A stretch of DNA of 64,000 bases, taken from assembly GCA_044229975.1 (NCBI GenBank), contig JBGARZ010000011.1, positions 256,001 through 320,000 on the forward strand. The letters are read 5' to 3'. Shown here piece after piece: positions 39,660 to 49,199 of this stretch (within the stretch, counting starts at the first letter, position 1; the number at the start of each line of letters is the position of its first letter). The translations under genes and the position numbers were made by a program. The notes under the pieces are model-generated. The model saw nothing but the letters and a program-made list of their open reading frames with translations, was not told where the DNA came from and searched no databases. The stretch is from Polyangiales bacterium. Its GTDB lineage: Bacteria; Myxococcota_A; Polyangia; Polyangiales; Ga0077539.

Positions 39660-42062
39660 ATGCGTCACGGTTTCGCCAGCGCCCTGCTCGTGCTCGCGCT
39701 CTCCCTCGCAGCCTGTAGCAGCGGCAACTCGGTCGTCGGTGGCGGCGACGCCGGCTCCGTCGTCGACCTCGGCGCGTCCGACCTCGGCCTCCCCGATGTG
39801 CCGTCGCCCATGGATGTTCTGCCCCCCATGGACGCGCCCGACGTCCCGGCGCCGATGGACACACCCGATGTTCTGCCCGTCGACAACGGGCCCGCGCGCT
39901 GCGCCGCCGACGGCGACTGCGTGGGCAACGCCGGCGGCCCCGCCTGCGACGTCACCTCGGGCCGCTGCGTGACGTGCACCACTGCTTCCGACCGCTGCCC
40001 CGCAGGCCAGTACTGCGTCGGCGCCACCAACACCTGCGCCAGCGGGTGCCGCGACGACGCCGCCTGCAACACGGGCGGCGCGCCCGACGGCGGCGCCTCG
40101 TCGTCGCGGCGCTGCGACACCGCCACGCACGCCTGCGTCGACTGCCTCACCGACGATCACTGCCCCTCCGGAACCCTCTGCGTCGGCAACCTCTGCGTCG
40201 CCGGCTGCAACGCCGGCCGCGCGTGCCCCGCCACGCAGACGTGCTGCTCCGGCGCGTGCGTCGACGCGCAGTCCAACAGCGCCCACTGCGGCGTGTGCGA
40301 GCGACGGTGCATGGTGGCCAACGCGGTTCCGCTGTGCCTCAACGGGGGGTGCGCCATCGTCGCCTGCGTCGCGCCCTTCGGCGACTGCGACGGGATGGCG
40401 GCCAACGGCTGCGAGGTCGACACCTCGCGCGACACGGCCCACTGCGGCGGCTGCGGCATGGCCTGCGCCACGCGGCCCAACACCATCACGAGCTGCGCGG
40501 GCGGCGCCTGCGCGTACGCCTGCGCGACGGGCTTCGCCAACTGCGACGGTGACCCGAGCAACGGCTGCGAGGCCGACGTCCGCGTGAGCACCACGAACTG
40601 CGGCGGCTGCGGCGTGCGCTGCTCCCCGGTCAACGCGACGGCGGCGTGCGTGGCGGGCGCGTGCGGCTACACGGCCTGCGCGGCGGGCTACGGCGACTGC
40701 GACGGCAACGCGGCCAACGGCTGCGAGGCCGACCTGCCGGTCTCGGTGAGCCACTGCGGCGCGTGCGGCAACCGCTGCCCGGCGACGGCCAACGCGGCGC
40801 CGGTGTGCGTCGGCGGAACGTGCGGCACGGTCTGCACCGCGGGCTTCGCCGACTGCGACAGCAACCCGGCCAATGGGTGCGAGGTCGACACGCGCACCGA
40901 CATCGCCCACTGCGGCGGCTGCGGCCGGCGCTGCGGCGCCGCGGGCGGGGCGCCTACCTGCGTGGCGGGCGGGTGTTCGCTGGCCTGCGCCGCGGGCTTC
41001 GCGGACTGCGACAGCAACGCCACCAACGGGTGCGAGGTCGACACGCGCACCAGCCGCGCGCACTGCGGCGGCTGCGGCATCGCGTGCGACGCCAACGCGG
41101 CCTGCACCGGGAGCTGCGTGTGCAACCCGGGGTACATGGGCAGCGGGCTCGTGTGCGCCGACGTCGACGAGTGCGCGACGGCCAACGGCGGCTGCGACGC
41201 CAACGCGACCTGCCGCAACACCGTCGGGTCGCGCACCTGCACGTGCAACGAGGCGTACACGGGCGACGGCGTGACGTGCGCGCCGGTGATCATCGACCTC
41301 ACCATCGCGGCCAGCACCACGGCGTACAACGTGTTTCTCCAGGCGGGGGCGCCGATGATCCCGCGCGTGGTGCGGGTGACGGTGAACCCGGGCGTGGTGG
41401 TGAGCTCGACGAGCACGGGCGTTCCGGCGCTGGTCTCGGGCGCCTTCCGCGCGGGCTCCGAGCTGCGCATCGTCAACCGCGGAACCATCACCGGCGCGGG
41501 CGGCGCGGGCGGCGCGGGCGGCGGCTTCTCGGGCGCCGGCCCCAACCCGCAGAGCGCGGGTGGGGCGGGCGGCGCGGCGATCTCGACGACGACGCGCCTG
41601 GTCATCGACAACACCGCAGGCAACATCTGGGGCGGCGGCGGTGGCGGCGGCGGCGGCGCGGTGGCGACCATCACCAACGTGCTCGCGGGCGGCGGCGGTG
41701 GCGGCGGCGGCGCGGGCACGACGGCGGGCGGCGGCGGCGCGGCGGGCCCGGCGTTTTCGGGCGCGCAATACCCGGTGGGGTATGCGGGCGGCGCGGGTTC
41801 GGCGAGCGCGGGCGGCGCGGGCGGCGCGGGCGGCAACAGCGGGACGTACCCGCGGCAGTACGACGGCAGCGGTCGCGGGCTGGGTGGCGCGGGCGGCGCG
41901 GGCGGCGGACCGGGTCAGGCGGGCGGTCGCGGTGGCGACGGCAACCTCGGGGGCGCGGGCATGGCAGGCGGCGCGGCGGGCAACGCCATCGTGCTCAACG
42001 GCAACACCGTGACGTGGATGGGCGGGGACAACAGCACGCAGGTGCGCGGGCCGGTGAACTGA
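39660..42062 (+). CDS. Cys-repeat surface lipoprotein with EGF-like domains and a Gly-rich tip
   Basis: LAAC lipobox; about six CGxC...DCD..NGCExD units; DVDEC EGF; polyglycine C-terminus. Confidence 0.88.
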   Translation: MRHGFASALLVLALSLAACSSGNSVVGGGDAGSVVDLGASDLGLPDVPSPMDVLPPMDAPDVPAPMDTPDVLPVDNGPARCAADGDCVGNAGGPACDVTSGRCVTCTTASDRCPAGQYCVGATNTCASGCRDDAACNTGGAPDGGASSSRRCDTATHACVDCLTDDHCPSGTLCVGNLCVAGCNAGRACPATQTCCSGACVDAQSNSAHCGVCERRCMVANAVPLCLNGGCAIVACVAPFGDCDGMAANGCEVDTSRDTAHCGGCGMACATRPNTITSCAGGACAYACATGFANCDGDPSNGCEADVRVSTTNCGGCGVRCSPVNATAACVAGACGYTACAAGYGDCDGNAANGCEADLPVSVSHCGACGNRCPATANAAPVCVGGTCGTVCTAGFADCDSNPANGCEVDTRTDIAHCGGCGRRCGAAGGAPTCVAGGCSLACAAGFADCDSNATNGCEVDTRTSRAHCGGCGIACDANAACTGSCVCNPGYMGSGLVCADVDECATANGGCDANATCRNTVGSRTCTCNEAYTGDGVTCAPVIIDLTIAASTTAYNVFLQAGAPMIPRVVRVTVNPGVVVSSTSTGVPALVSGAFRAGSELRIVNRGTITGAGGAGGAGGGFSGAGPNPQSAGGAGGAAISTTTRLVIDNTAGNIWGGGGGGGGGAVATITNVLAGGGGGGGGAGTTAGGGGAAGPAFSGAQYPVGYAGGAGSASAGGAGGAGGNSGTYPRQYDGSGRGLGGAGGAGGGPGQAGGRGGDGNLGGAGMAGGAAGNAIVLNGNTVTWMGGDNSTQVRGPVN

Positions 42063-42078
42063 CGGCGATGGCCGCGGG

Positions 42079-42240
42079 TCACTCCAGCTCGTTGGTGATC
42101 TCGATGGGGCTGCCGACGATCTGGCCGTCGGTGGCGGTGCCCGTGCGGGAGAAGGTCGAGTAGCGCGTGTCGCCGTCGAGGTCGCCGATGGCGGTGACGG
42201 TGAAGGAGGCGTTGGCGCCCGTTCCGGCTACGGTGGTTTC
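42079..42240 (-). pseudogene. C-terminal fragment of a type IV pilin-like gene
   Basis: ASFTVTAIGDLDGDTRYSTF...ITNELE*; in-frame TAG upstream, no start or N-terminal helix. Confidence 0.6.
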
Positions 42241-42289
42241 CTACTGAGGAGATCGACTTCTTCTCTGCTTCCAACGTCGCACAGTTCGC

Positions 42290-42529
42290 CGCGTCCACGC
42301 CGGAGTTCACCGTGCCGCCCCCGCGCCCGTCACGCTCGGTTCACTCCGGGCTATTTCACGCGGATCGCCCCGCCGCAGCGGGGCTCCGTGCCTCCGTCCA
42401 GGGACGACAGAATGCCTTCAGGTGGGCCTCCTGAGCCCCGCTGCGGCGGGGCGATCCGCGTGAAATAGCCCGGAGTGAACCGAGCGTGACGGGCGCGGGG
42501 GCGGCACGGTGAACTCCGGCGTGGACGCG
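42290..42529. repeat. Long inverted repeat (REP doublet-like), family B
   Basis: Perfect 97-bp arms at 42290-42386 and 42433-42529. Confidence 0.9.
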
Positions 42530-42537
42530 ACGGGTTC

Positions 42538-43509
42538 TCAACCTGAAACACTCCGACTCAAACTCCGACACTCCCCCCGCAACCACCGCCCGACCTCGTC
42601 CCAGCGCGGCCGCTCGCGCGCTGCCTCTGGCGTCAGCCACGTCACCCCCGCCTCGCCCCGAAACCACGTCCGCTGCCGCTTCGCGAAGCCCATCGTCGCG
42701 CGCTCGATCGCCAGCGCCAGTCCATCCCCCGGCAGCTCGCCTCGCAGGTGCGCCACCACCTCGGCGTACCCGACGCTCCCGAGCGGCTTCAGGTCCCACT
42801 CGTAGCCGTCCGCCAATATCGCCCGCACCTCGTCGACCCAACCGCGCGCCAGCATCGCCGTCGTGCGCGCCACCACCCGCTCGCGCAGCGCGTCGCGCTC
42901 CGTCTCCAGGCACCACCACGCCGCTTCGTAGCGCGGGCCCTCCGCGGCGTGTCGCCGGTGGTGCTCCGACAGCGCCTCGCCGCTCACCGTCCACACCTCC
43001 AGCGCGCGCACGATGCGCACCGGGTCCGTCGGGTGGATCTTCGCCGCGTACGCCGGATCAACCACCGCCAGCTCGCGGTGCATCGCCGCCAGCACCTCGG
43101 CGCCCTCCGACGCACGTGCCCGCAGCGCCGCGCGCACGTCCGGGTCCGATGGGATGCCCATCGCCAGACCCTTCACCAGCGCCCGTTGGTAGAGGCCCGT
43201 CCCGCCGACGACGATGGGAATCCTCCCTCTCGCGGCGACGTCGGCGATGGCGCGGTCGGCGTCCTCGATGTACCGCGCGGCGTCGTAGTGGGCGCGCAGG
43301 TCGACCGTCCCCAGCAGGTGGTGCGCAACGCCCATGAGCTCCTCGTCGGTCGGTCGCGCAGACCCGATGACGAGGCGCTCGTAGAGCTGGACAGAGTCCG
43401 CGCCCACGAGTTCGCCACCGAGGGCGAGCGCGAGGTCGACGGCGAGGGCGGTCTTGCCCGTGGCGGTGGCCCCGGAGACCACCAGGAGGCGCGGACGCGT
43501 GACGGTCAC
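42538..43509 (-). CDS. miaA: tRNA dimethylallyltransferase
   Basis: GATATGKT, ADSVQLY, VGGTGLY, VRALEV, FAKRQRTWF. Confidence 0.95.
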   Translation of the reverse strand: MTVTRPRLLVVSGATATGKTALAVDLALALGGELVGADSVQLYERLVIGSARPTDEELMGVAHHLLGTVDLRAHYDAARYIEDADRAIADVAARGRIPIVVGGTGLYQRALVKGLAMGIPSDPDVRAALRARASEGAEVLAAMHRELAVVDPAYAAKIHPTDPVRIVRALEVWTVSGEALSEHHRRHAAEGPRYEAAWWCLETERDALRERVVARTTAMLARGWVDEVRAILADGYEWDLKPLGSVGYAEVVAHLRGELPGDGLALAIERATMGFAKRQRTWFRGEAGVTWLTPEAARERPRWDEVGRWLRGECRSLSRSVSG

Positions 43510-44969
43510 GCCGTCGCGGAGGCGGTGTCCTCGGAGGCCGGGAGCAGCTCGCGGTAGACGGCGGCGTAGCGGCGGGCCGAGCGGTCCCACGCGTGATCGA
43601 GGCGCATCACCCGGCGGCGCAGCGACGCGAACTTCTCGGGCTGCGCGAAGGCCGACAGGCCCCGCGCGATGGCCCCGTAGAACGCATCGGGCGTGAGCTC
43701 CTCGAACACGAAGCCGGTGCCCGTGTTGAGCGAGGCGTCGCAGTCGACCACGGTGTCGCGCAGGCCGCCCGTGTCGCGCACCACCGGGATCGATCCGTAG
43801 CGCATGGCGTAGAGCTGCGTGAGCCCGCTCGGCTCGAAGCGCGACGGCACCAGGAAGAGGTCGGAGCCCGCGAAGATGCGGTGCGCCAGCGCGTCGTCGT
43901 AGTCGGCGCGGAAGGCCACCTTCTCGGGCATCTCCTTCGCCAGCGCCGTCATGGCGTCGGCGAGCTCGGGGTCACCCGACCCCTGCACCACGAGCTGAAC
44001 GTCCTGCCGCAGGAGCTGCGTCACGCCCGCGAGGAGCAGGTCGACGCCCTTCTGCTTGTCGAGCCGCGCAACCATGCCGAGCACGGCCGTCTCCGGTCGC
44101 TGCGGGAGCCCGAGCAGCTTCTGGAGGCCGGTCTTGCAGCGGGCCTTCGGCAGCGGGTCGAACACGTCGTAGCGGGCGGCGATGTGCGGGTCGGTCGAGG
44201 GGTTCCAGACGCCCGGGTCGAGGCCGTTGAGGATGCCCGTGAGGCCCTTCGCATGCGCGCGGAGCACGCCGTCCATGTTGGCCCCGCCGGCCGCCGTGAG
44301 GATCTCCTTGGCGTACGTGGGCGACACCGTGGTCACGCGGTCGGCGTCGAGGAGCCCGGCCTTCAGCCACGACACCTTGCCGTAGAACTCGTAGCGCCCT
44401 GCGTCGGCCCCGAGGCCCAGCGCTTCGAGCGACTCGACGCCGAAGGTGCCCTGGTGGGCGACGTTGTGGATGGTGAGCACCGTCCGCACGTTGGCCAGCC
44501 GCGGGTCTTCCGCCGACGCCTGACGGAGCAGCGCGGGGACGAGCCCGGTGGTCCAGTCGTGCAGATGCACCAGCTCGGGAACGCGCGACTGCATCCGCAT
44601 CCACGCGACGGCGCCCTTGCAGAGCAGGCCGAAGCGCCGCGCGTTGTCCTCGTAGGGGGCGCCCTCGCCGTACACCCCGGGGCGATCGCTGATGCCCGGC
44701 GCGCCCAGCAGCACCACCGTGACGCCCGACGGGAGCCGCGCCTCGTAGACCTCGGCGTCGACGGTCTCGGTGCCGATGGCGACCTTCACCTTCACCAGTC
44801 GACGGGCGAGCGCGTGCTCGGCGGGGTCGATGCTGCCGTAGCGGAGCGAGAGGACGGTGACCTTGTGGCCGAGGGCGCGCAGCGCCTTGGGGAGCGCGCC
44901 GACGACGTCCCCGAGGCCGCCGACCTTCGAGTAGGGCACGACCTCCGGGCTGATGAAGAGGATTTCCAT
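43506..44969 (-). CDS. glgA: Glycogen synthase
   Basis: KVGGLGDV, HLHDW, TIHN, VSPTYA, PSRFEP, TGGLRDTV. Confidence 0.95.
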   Translation of the reverse strand: MEILFISPEVVPYSKVGGLGDVVGALPKALRALGHKVTVLSLRYGSIDPAEHALARRLVKVKVAIGTETVDAEVYEARLPSGVTVVLLGAPGISDRPGVYGEGAPYEDNARRFGLLCKGAVAWMRMQSRVPELVHLHDWTTGLVPALLRQASAEDPRLANVRTVLTIHNVAHQGTFGVESLEALGLGADAGRYEFYGKVSWLKAGLLDADRVTTVSPTYAKEILTAAGGANMDGVLRAHAKGLTGILNGLDPGVWNPSTDPHIAARYDVFDPLPKARCKTGLQKLLGLPQRPETAVLGMVARLDKQKGVDLLLAGVTQLLRQDVQLVVQGSGDPELADAMTALAKEMPEKVAFRADYDDALAHRIFAGSDLFLVPSRFEPSGLTQLYAMRYGSIPVVRDTGGLRDTVVDCDASLNTGTGFVFEELTPDAFYGAIARGLSAFAQPEKFASLRRRVMRLDHAWDRSARRYAAVYRELLPASEDTASATA

Positions 44970-45054
44970 GGGGCGCGGAGACTATCCCCGCAGCGCCCGC
45001 GGGCGCAACGAGGAGCCGCCGTTTACATGGGAGGGTATGAGGGCGCTGGACGGC

Positions 45055-47394
45055 TCAGCGCGCGACGCAGAGCGCGAAGCGACCGGAGACGGTGTTGCCG
45101 ACGGAGCACCACGACGACGACTCGGCGCCGCACGACGCGGTGTTGCCGATCCAGTGGGTGCCCATGTACTGGTAGACGCCGAAGAGGGCGGGGCACTGGG
45201 GCGGATCGGTGCCGCAGAGGGTCTGCGCGAGGCGCTGCATGGGATTGCCGCAGCTGTTCTCGAAGTTCATCTGGCGGCAGAGGCCGTCGTTGTAGGTGCA
45301 GCCCGACACGCCGGTGCAAGGCGCCGTGAGCCCCGCGCCGTTGCACGCCGCCAGCACGTTGGCGTCCGTCAACAACCCCGGCACCGGAACCCGGTACCAT
45401 GTGATGCCGCCCGCCACGCCGACCACCGTCGCCGACACGCACGACCCGCTGGTGCAGGTGCCCGACGAGCAGACGTTGCCGCACGACCCGCAGTTGGTGT
45501 TGTCCGACGAGAGCGTGCGGCACACCCCCGAGCAGTTGGTCTGCCCCGCGCCGCACACCACCACGCACGACCCGCCCACGCACGCGCGCCCGGCGCCGCA
45601 CGCGTTGCCGCAGGCGCCGCAGTGGCTGGCGTCCGTGCTCGTGTCGCGGCACGCCCCGCTGCACAGCGCGAGCCCCGCGCCGCACACCGACCCGCAGACG
45701 CCCGCCGAGCACACGCGCCCCGCGCCGCACGCCGTCCCGCACGCGCCGCAGTTGGCGTTGTCCGTCGCGAGCGAGCGGCACACGCCCGAGCAGTTGCTCG
45801 TCCCGGCCGTGCACGACACCACGCACGACCCACCCACGCAGCGGTTGCCCGCCGGGCAGACGTTGGTGCAGCTCCCGCAGCGGTTGACGTCCGTCTGGAG
45901 GTCGCGGCACACGCCGTCGCAGGCGTTGAGCCCGCTGGCGCACACCACCTCGCAGCGGCCCGCCGTGCAGACCTGGCCCGCGATGCAGGTCGTCCCGCAC
46001 GCGCCGCAGTTCTCGCGGTCGCGCAGCAGGTCGCGGCACGTCCCGCCGCAGTTGGTCGTTCCGCCGCCGCACGACAGCGTGCACACGCCCGCCGAGCACA
46101 CCTGGCCCGTCGTGCACGTGCGCCCGCACGCCCCGCAGTGGGCGCGGTCGGTGGTGAGGTCGCGGCACGTCCCCGAGCACTCGCTCAGGCCCGCGCCGCA
46201 GCTCACGGTGCACACACCCGCCGAGCACACCTGGCCCGCGTCGCAGGTCGTCCCGCACGCGCCGCAGTTGCGGCGATCGGTGTCGAGGTCGCGGCACGCG
46301 CCCGAGCAGTTGCTGAGCCCCGCGCCGCAGCTCACGGTGCACGCCCCCGCCGAGCACACCTGCCCCTCGGCGCACGCCGTCCCGCACGCGCCGCAGTTTG
46401 CGCGGTCGGTCTGCGTGTCGCGGCACGTCCCCGAGCACTCGCTGAGCCCCGCGCCGCAGCTCACGGTGCACACGCCCGCGGAGCACACCTGACCCGCGGC
46501 GCAGGCCGTCCCGCACGCGCCGCAGTTGGCGCGGTCGCTCGCGAGGTCGCGGCACGTCCCGGTGCAGTCCGTGGCGCCGCCCGCGCACGAGAGAACACAC
46601 CGCGCATCCGCGCAGATCTGCCCGGCCGCGCAGGCGCTGCCGCACGTCCCGCAGTTGGCGCGGTCGCTGCGGAGGTCACGACACGTCCCGGCGCAGTCGC
46701 TCAGGCCGGTGACGCACGACACCGCGCAGCGGCCGCCGATGCACACCTGGCCGTCGCCGCAGGCCATGCCGCAGCCGCCGCAGTGGGAGCGGTCGGTCTG
46801 CGTGTCGCGGCACGTCCCCGAGCAGTTCTGCAGGCCGCTCACGCACGACACCACGCAGCGGCCGTCGGTGCAGATCTGCCCGTCGCCGCAGGCCATCCCG
46901 CAGCCGCCGCAGTTGGAGCGGTCGTTGCGCGGGTTGGCGCAGTAGCGCTCGGCGCCCGCGTCGCTGCTCACGTTGATGGGTCCCTGACAGAGCTGGAGCG
47001 ACGCGCCGCACTCCAGCGCGCAGCGGCCCATGGCGCAGACGAGGCCCGCGCCGCACGCCGTCCCGCACGCGCCGCAGTTCGACCGATCGGTGTCGGTGGT
47101 GACGCAGCGATCGCCGCACAGCACCTGCCCCGTCGGGCACGACGCCTGGCAGGCGCCCGCGACGCAGACCTGGGTGCGCGGGCACGCGCGGCCGCAGGCG
47201 CCGCAGTGGTCGCCGTCGTCCTGGAGCGACACGCACGACCCGCCGCACGCGACCTGCGGCGCGGTGCAGGTGACGTCGAAGCCGGCGTCCATGGGGGTGA
47301 CCACGCCGCTGACGAGGGGTTCGCTGCTACAGCCGAGCGCGAGGGCGACGAGGAAGAGGGCGAAAGCGGCGACGGGGGACATGGTGCGGCGCAT
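45055..47394 (-). CDS. Cys-repeat surface lipoprotein with a distinct Cys-rich tip domain
   Basis: LALGC lipobox; about 14 units of ~37 aa (CRDxxxDxxNCGACGTxCxxGQVC). Confidence 0.88.
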   Translation of the reverse strand: MRRTMSPVAAFALFLVALALGCSSEPLVSGVVTPMDAGFDVTCTAPQVACGGSCVSLQDDGDHCGACGRACPRTQVCVAGACQASCPTGQVLCGDRCVTTDTDRSNCGACGTACGAGLVCAMGRCALECGASLQLCQGPINVSSDAGAERYCANPRNDRSNCGGCGMACGDGQICTDGRCVVSCVSGLQNCSGTCRDTQTDRSHCGGCGMACGDGQVCIGGRCAVSCVTGLSDCAGTCRDLRSDRANCGTCGSACAAGQICADARCVLSCAGGATDCTGTCRDLASDRANCGACGTACAAGQVCSAGVCTVSCGAGLSECSGTCRDTQTDRANCGACGTACAEGQVCSAGACTVSCGAGLSNCSGACRDLDTDRRNCGACGTTCDAGQVCSAGVCTVSCGAGLSECSGTCRDLTTDRAHCGACGRTCTTGQVCSAGVCTLSCGGGTTNCGGTCRDLLRDRENCGACGTTCIAGQVCTAGRCEVVCASGLNACDGVCRDLQTDVNRCGSCTNVCPAGNRCVGGSCVVSCTAGTSNCSGVCRSLATDNANCGACGTACGAGRVCSAGVCGSVCGAGLALCSGACRDTSTDASHCGACGNACGAGRACVGGSCVVVCGAGQTNCSGVCRTLSSDNTNCGSCGNVCSSGTCTSGSCVSATVVGVAGGITWYRVPVPGLLTDANVLAACNGAGLTAPCTGVSGCTYNDGLCRQMNFENSCGNPMQRLAQTLCGTDPPQCPALFGVYQYMGTHWIGNTASCGAESSSWCSVGNTVSGRFALCVAR

Positions 47395-47513
47395 CGAGAG
47401 GGCTCCTTCGGTGGGGAGGAGGGCAGCGTATGCGAAGGGCGCCGACGGGGGCGAGCGGATGATGAAGCGCACCGATGCGCGTCATCGGTGACGCGGGCGT
47501 TGGCGATGGAGCA

Positions 47514-48041
47514 CTACACCGCGGACGACGAGAAGATCCAACCGAGCGGTTCGCGGAGCCCGGCCGCATGGCGCGAATCTCCGCGAGCCAACGCGCGACC
47601 GTCGCCTCGAGCGATGGGTACGACGCGCTCAAGACGCGGCACAGCAGGCGTTCGAGGTTCTGGAGATCGTCGAGACCACCGAGGGTGGGGCCGTCCGCGC
47701 GCCAGGCGACCCCACGAAGCGCAACAGACTCCTCTGCCGCTCGCGAGAGACTCCACGTCTCGCCGCCAGGGTCGCGCGAGACCGACCACGGTGACGCGAC
47801 CGACGAGAGGTCTCCAAGCGCGCCGTGGACCCGATCGACGAACGCACCCGGTTGGTCACCATCAGGGTCGAACACGAAGGCCACGCGGTCGTATCGCGCC
47901 GATGGTGAGCGTCGCATCGCGTTCCAGGCGCAACCTCGCGCCGGAATTCCCGCCCGCAGTGGCGCCGAACAATCGCTTGCCGATCTCGATCAACGCAGAG
48001 ACGTCGTCGGGTCCTTCAACGAGGACGAGGCGCTGGCTCAC
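47514..48041 (-). pseudogene. Frameshifted TOPRIM-like (DUF3226-like) partner of the ATPase
   Basis: MSQRLVLVEGPDD start overlaps the ATPase stop; VAFVFDPD (DxD) and LERLL follow in another frame. Confidence 0.65.
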
Positions 48042-49090
48042 GCGCGGAGGTCCTGCGCGAGCTCCTCGCGAACGTAGCGGGCGCTCTCTCCGTTCACTAC
48101 GGTCGCGCGCAAAACGCCCTCAGTCAGCCGGAGCCGATGCACGGTCGGCAGCGATCCACCGTCGCCCTCAGGAAGCTGCAGCAGCAGGTCGATGAGCTCC
48201 ATGCTGTGGGTCGACAGAATCACCTGCGTACCCAGGGCGACCGCGTCGCGGAGCACGACGGCGAGCTCACCCAGGTAGCGCGGGTGCTGAAAGCTCTCGG
48301 GCTCTTCGAGCAGCACGACGCCACCGTCGCCCGCGTCGTAGACCTGCGCCGCGACCTCCAGAAAACGCTTGAAGCCGTCGCCCGCGAGGTAGGCCGGCAC
48401 CGTCGGCGCGTCCCCGTGGATCGCGTGCAGCACGAAGTCGTCCTCGACCTTGAGGATGCGAAGATCCGTAAGCGTCGGCATCGCCCGTTGTAGCGAGCCG
48501 ACCACTCGCGCCACGCGGCGCTGTTTCTCCAGCTTCGAGTAGGCGTCCTCCAGCGCGCCCGGCGCTCGCACCGCCTCGACGTCGACGAAGCTGCCTGGGA
48601 AGGGGGTGGTGACCTCCCCATGTTCCACATAGGTCTCCGAGAAGCGACGCGCCGAATCGACATGCGCGATGGACGAAGAGGAGTTGACCCGACCGGCCCA
48701 CTCGAAGCTCGCCTGCGTCTGCAATGGTCGCATGGGCTCCGTCAGCTCATGTTCACGGGCCTCGCGAAGGAGATCAGGCTGGCGGATGGAGGGCAGCAAC
48801 AAGGCGACGGAGCAACGCCGCCCATCAGGGCCGGTTGCTTCCACCAACGCGCTCTTCGCCGTCCCGTGCACCACATGCCGGGCCGCATGAAGCGCAGGCC
48901 CTCCGCGCCGCAGCAACGTCCGCCAGATGTTCGCCGCGTCGACCCCGGCGCTCACCGCCCAGATGGCCTCCAACACGGTCGACTTCCCGCAGTTGTTGGG
49001 GCCTACCAGGATGCTCATCGGCGACAACCCCTCCAGGACGCCGTCTCGAATGCCGCGAAGGTTCTGGATCGTCACGCGCTCGATGCTCAT
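48038..49090 (-). CDS. ABC-type ATPase (AAA_15/AAA_21 family)
   Basis: GPNNCGKS Walker A, GDGFKR, LLEEPE Walker B, LSTHS H-loop. Confidence 0.9.
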   Translation of the reverse strand: MSIERVTIQNLRGIRDGVLEGLSPMSILVGPNNCGKSTVLEAIWAVSAGVDAANIWRTLLRRGGPALHAARHVVHGTAKSALVEATGPDGRRCSVALLLPSIRQPDLLREAREHELTEPMRPLQTQASFEWAGRVNSSSSIAHVDSARRFSETYVEHGEVTTPFPGSFVDVEAVRAPGALEDAYSKLEKQRRVARVVGSLQRAMPTLTDLRILKVEDDFVLHAIHGDAPTVPAYLAGDGFKRFLEVAAQVYDAGDGGVVLLEEPESFQHPRYLGELAVVLRDAVALGTQVILSTHSMELIDLLLQLPEGDGGSLPTVHRLRLTEGVLRATVVNGESARYVREELAQDLRA

Positions 49091-49199
49091 CGCTGCGACC
49101 GAACCCTACGCCGTCTTCGCGCTCTGGTGTCAACGGCGCTCGGCGCTCCTGAGGTTCACGGCAAGACCACCCGCCCCGCGCGGCGTAGTCTCTCGCACC

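Noticed and set aside
45430..47250. Diversity-generating retroelement or non-coding tandem array
   Set aside because: The repeats are in-frame coding Cys units; no reverse transcriptase and no adenine-specific variation noted
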